The notes beneath the pieces were generated by a model. It had not been told where the DNA came from. It made no database searches and saw only the letters and a program-made list of their open reading frames with translations. A stretch of DNA of 64,000 bases from an uncultured Chlamydiales bacterium (GTDB lineage: Bacteria > Chlamydiota > Chlamydiia > Chlamydiales > FEN-1388), in assembly GCA_963785335.1 (NCBI GenBank), contig CAWAUW010000002.1:78167-142166 (forward strand), in the 5' to 3' direction. Positions within the stretch are counted from its first letter, which is position 1; each line of letters begins with the position of its first letter. Below are positions 62,312 to 64,000 of this stretch, piece after piece. The position numbers were made by a program, and so were the translations under genes.

Positions 62312-62724
62312 GGGTCAGAAACAGGATCAGAAACGGGGTCAGCCCAGACCTAGGGTGAAACAAATAGCCTAAAATTGCATAGTTTCCCACCCTAAAATTA
62401 CCTCCAAATTTAGTCCTGTTTTTCCAGCGGCAGCTGGAGTAGTGGGAAGCCCCGCATGCAGCGAGTTAGCGAGCGGAATGTGGGGGATAGGTGATAAATA
62501 AATATGAGCGGCGGCAGCTCGCGAAAGGAGTCTCGCAGCTGCCGCCGCTCATATATTTTATGTACATAACCCCACGTTCCATTATAGGCCTACCGGCCTG
62601 TCATTTCACGCGGGGCTTCCCGCTACTCCAGCTGCAGCTGGAAAAACAGGGCAAAAACTAGAGGGAAAAATATGCCAAGGGTTTATTAGAAAATCTTCGA
62701 TTTGTTTCACCCCACCCCTGACCC
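62312..62724. repeat. composite palindromic element nested at least four layers deep, in a divergent intergenic region
   Basis: Layer 1: gggtcag...cctagggtgaaacaaatagcc / cgatttgtttcaccccacccctgaccc. Layer 2: gtcctgtttttccagcggcagctggagtagtgggaagccccgc / gcggggcttcccgctactccagctgcagctggaaaaacagggc. Layer 3: gcggaatgtgggg / ccccacgttcc. Core: atatgagcggcggcagctcgcga / tctcgcagctgccgccgctcatat. Confidence 0.85.
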
Positions 62725-62974
62725 AATCGCCTAAATCCTTCAGCATCCCTGAATATGTTTCCAAAGACTATTCTTTTAGAAATTAGTATTGGTATAACAA
62801 CGATATTATGTGGTAAAGATAAAATCAATGCCCGCTTTACCTGCTACATATGAGATCGATAATAAGATCCTTCTTGCACGCTATTGCTGGCTCAGCATTC
62901 TTCTCAAAAATTTGTGATTAATTCACTTAAAAAGGCTGATTGCTACACTGGATAAACTAAAAACAAGACTTATC

Positions 62975-64000
62975 ATGAATACCATACTCCAAGAGTTACT
63001 TCTTGCGCGTGGACCATGCGGACAAGAAGATGAAGTTCGCACACTAATCCAAAGGCATCTCAAAAACCTCGTCGATGAAACCTGGGTTGACCCTGCCGGA
63101 AACCTCATCGGCAAAATCAAAGGAAAGTCTGCAAAACCACCCATACGGTTAATGGCGCACATGGACGAGCTTTCTATGATTGTTAAGCGCATTAACGAAG
63201 ATGGAACATTGCGTGTCGATCCCCTTGGAGGTATATTGCCAGGATCAATCGGGCAAGGTCCCATTGAAATTTTGGGAAAGAGCAAAATCATCCCAGGCAT
63301 TCTTTCCTTCGGGTCAATGCACAGCACAACTGAAACGCCCATTCCTAACAAAATGGCACCAACATCAGATCAAGGACAGGGTAAATCCCTAACGTGGGAA
63401 GATGTTATCATCATCACTCGCATGAACCCGAAACAACTCGCTCAGGCTGGCGTACACGCAGGATCGCGCGTAGTAATTGCCCAATGCCGAAGAAATCTTT
63501 TTTACCTTCAAGACTGTATTGGAGGATATTTTTTTGACAATCGTGCTAGTATTACAGCGTGCCTTATGGCGCTAAAACTCCTTTCACAACCGCCCGAGCA
63601 GGATATTTATTTTGTAGCTAGTGCATGTGAAGAAATTGGCGCTGTTGGAGCTTCATACGCTGCACGTACGCTGCCAGGAGACCTTACGCTTGCTGTGGAT
63701 ATTGGGCCAGTCGCAAAGGAGTATCAAACTGTTTTGTCAGCCGACCCAATTATCGTCTATCAAGATAGTTACAGCCTTTATGATCAGAAAACAAATGATC
63801 AACTATTAGTACTTGCAAAAAAGCTCAAAATCCCTGTTCAAACTGCCATTTGGGGTAATTACGGCTCTGATGCTTCTGTTGCAATGCAGCGAGGCCAGTC
63901 AGCAAAAGCTGCTCTTATTTGTTTTCCAGTAGAAAACACCCACGGCTTTGAAATCATGCATAAAGAATGCTTGGATACCTTGTCGAGGCTTCTGGCTGCA
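62975..64000 (+). CDS. M42-family metallopeptidase (FrvX / glutamyl aminopeptidase-like), 3' end beyond the window
   Basis: ATG at 62975 opens a frame that stays open to 64000, so it is not in the ORF track. MNTILQELLLARGPCGQEDEVRTLI...VDPAGNLIGKIKG...IRLMAHMDELSMIV...GGYFFDNRASI...ACEEIGAVGA is typical M42 sequence. Confidence 0.85.
   Translation, partial: MNTILQELLLARGPCGQEDEVRTLIQRHLKNLVDETWVDPAGNLIGKIKGKSAKPPIRLMAHMDELSMIVKRINEDGTLRVDPLGGILPGSIGQGPIEILGKSKIIPGILSFGSMHSTTETPIPNKMAPTSDQGQGKSLTWEDVIIITRMNPKQLAQAGVHAGSRVVIAQCRRNLFYLQDCIGGYFFDNRASITACLMALKLLSQPPEQDIYFVASACEEIGAVGASYAARTLPGDLTLAVDIGPVAKEYQTVLSADPIIVYQDSYSLYDQKTNDQLLVLAKKLKIPVQTAIWGNYGSDASVAMQRGQSAKAALICFPVENTHGFEIMHKECLDTLSRLLAA

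Noticed and set aside
62923-63351. 142-aa minus-strand ORF and the plus-strand ORFs 63180-63392 and 63621-63809
   Set aside because: They are antisense or out of frame relative to the M42 peptidase frame, which is open from ATG 62975 to the window end and carries family-typical sequence.

Overview
This is an AT-rich bacterial window with about 50 supportable protein genes on both strands. I found no rRNA, tRNA, CRISPR array, transposase or integrase.

Housekeeping genes:
- RNase R, a frameshifted leuS, an ABC-F ATPase and pterin-4a-carbinolamine dehydratase.
- Fe/Mn superoxide dismutase, MsrB, an M42 peptidase and an aldo/keto reductase.

These are interleaved with an unusually dense set of eukaryote-like or effector-like genes:
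- One ankyrin-repeat protein, two BTB/LRR proteins and two classical PTP-type phosphatases (one fused to LRRs).
- Two eukaryotic-like kinases, one with a tyrosine-kinase-type HRDLAARN loop and a signal peptide.
- A membrane J-domain protein and three proteins with Inc-like bilobed hydrophobic segments.

This content fits an amoeba-associated intracellular bacterium such as an environmental chlamydia. That assignment is an inference and was not verified.

Most notable observations:
1. A duplicated two-gene cassette (four paralogs) encodes secreted parallel beta-helix proteins with conserved Cys motifs.
2. Eleven long imperfect palindromic intergenic elements, often nested, fall into at least three sequence families and cover about 5% of the window.
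3. A Sec-signal protein has a core clearly homologous to the flagellar distal rod protein FlgG but lacks both terminal rod helices.
4. A +1 frame break in leuS separates the HIGH and KMSKS motifs.
5. An accessory segment carries a PTP effector and a BTB-LRR effector bracketed by three toxin-antitoxin pairs.

All domain calls come from reading motifs in the translations. No database search was run.
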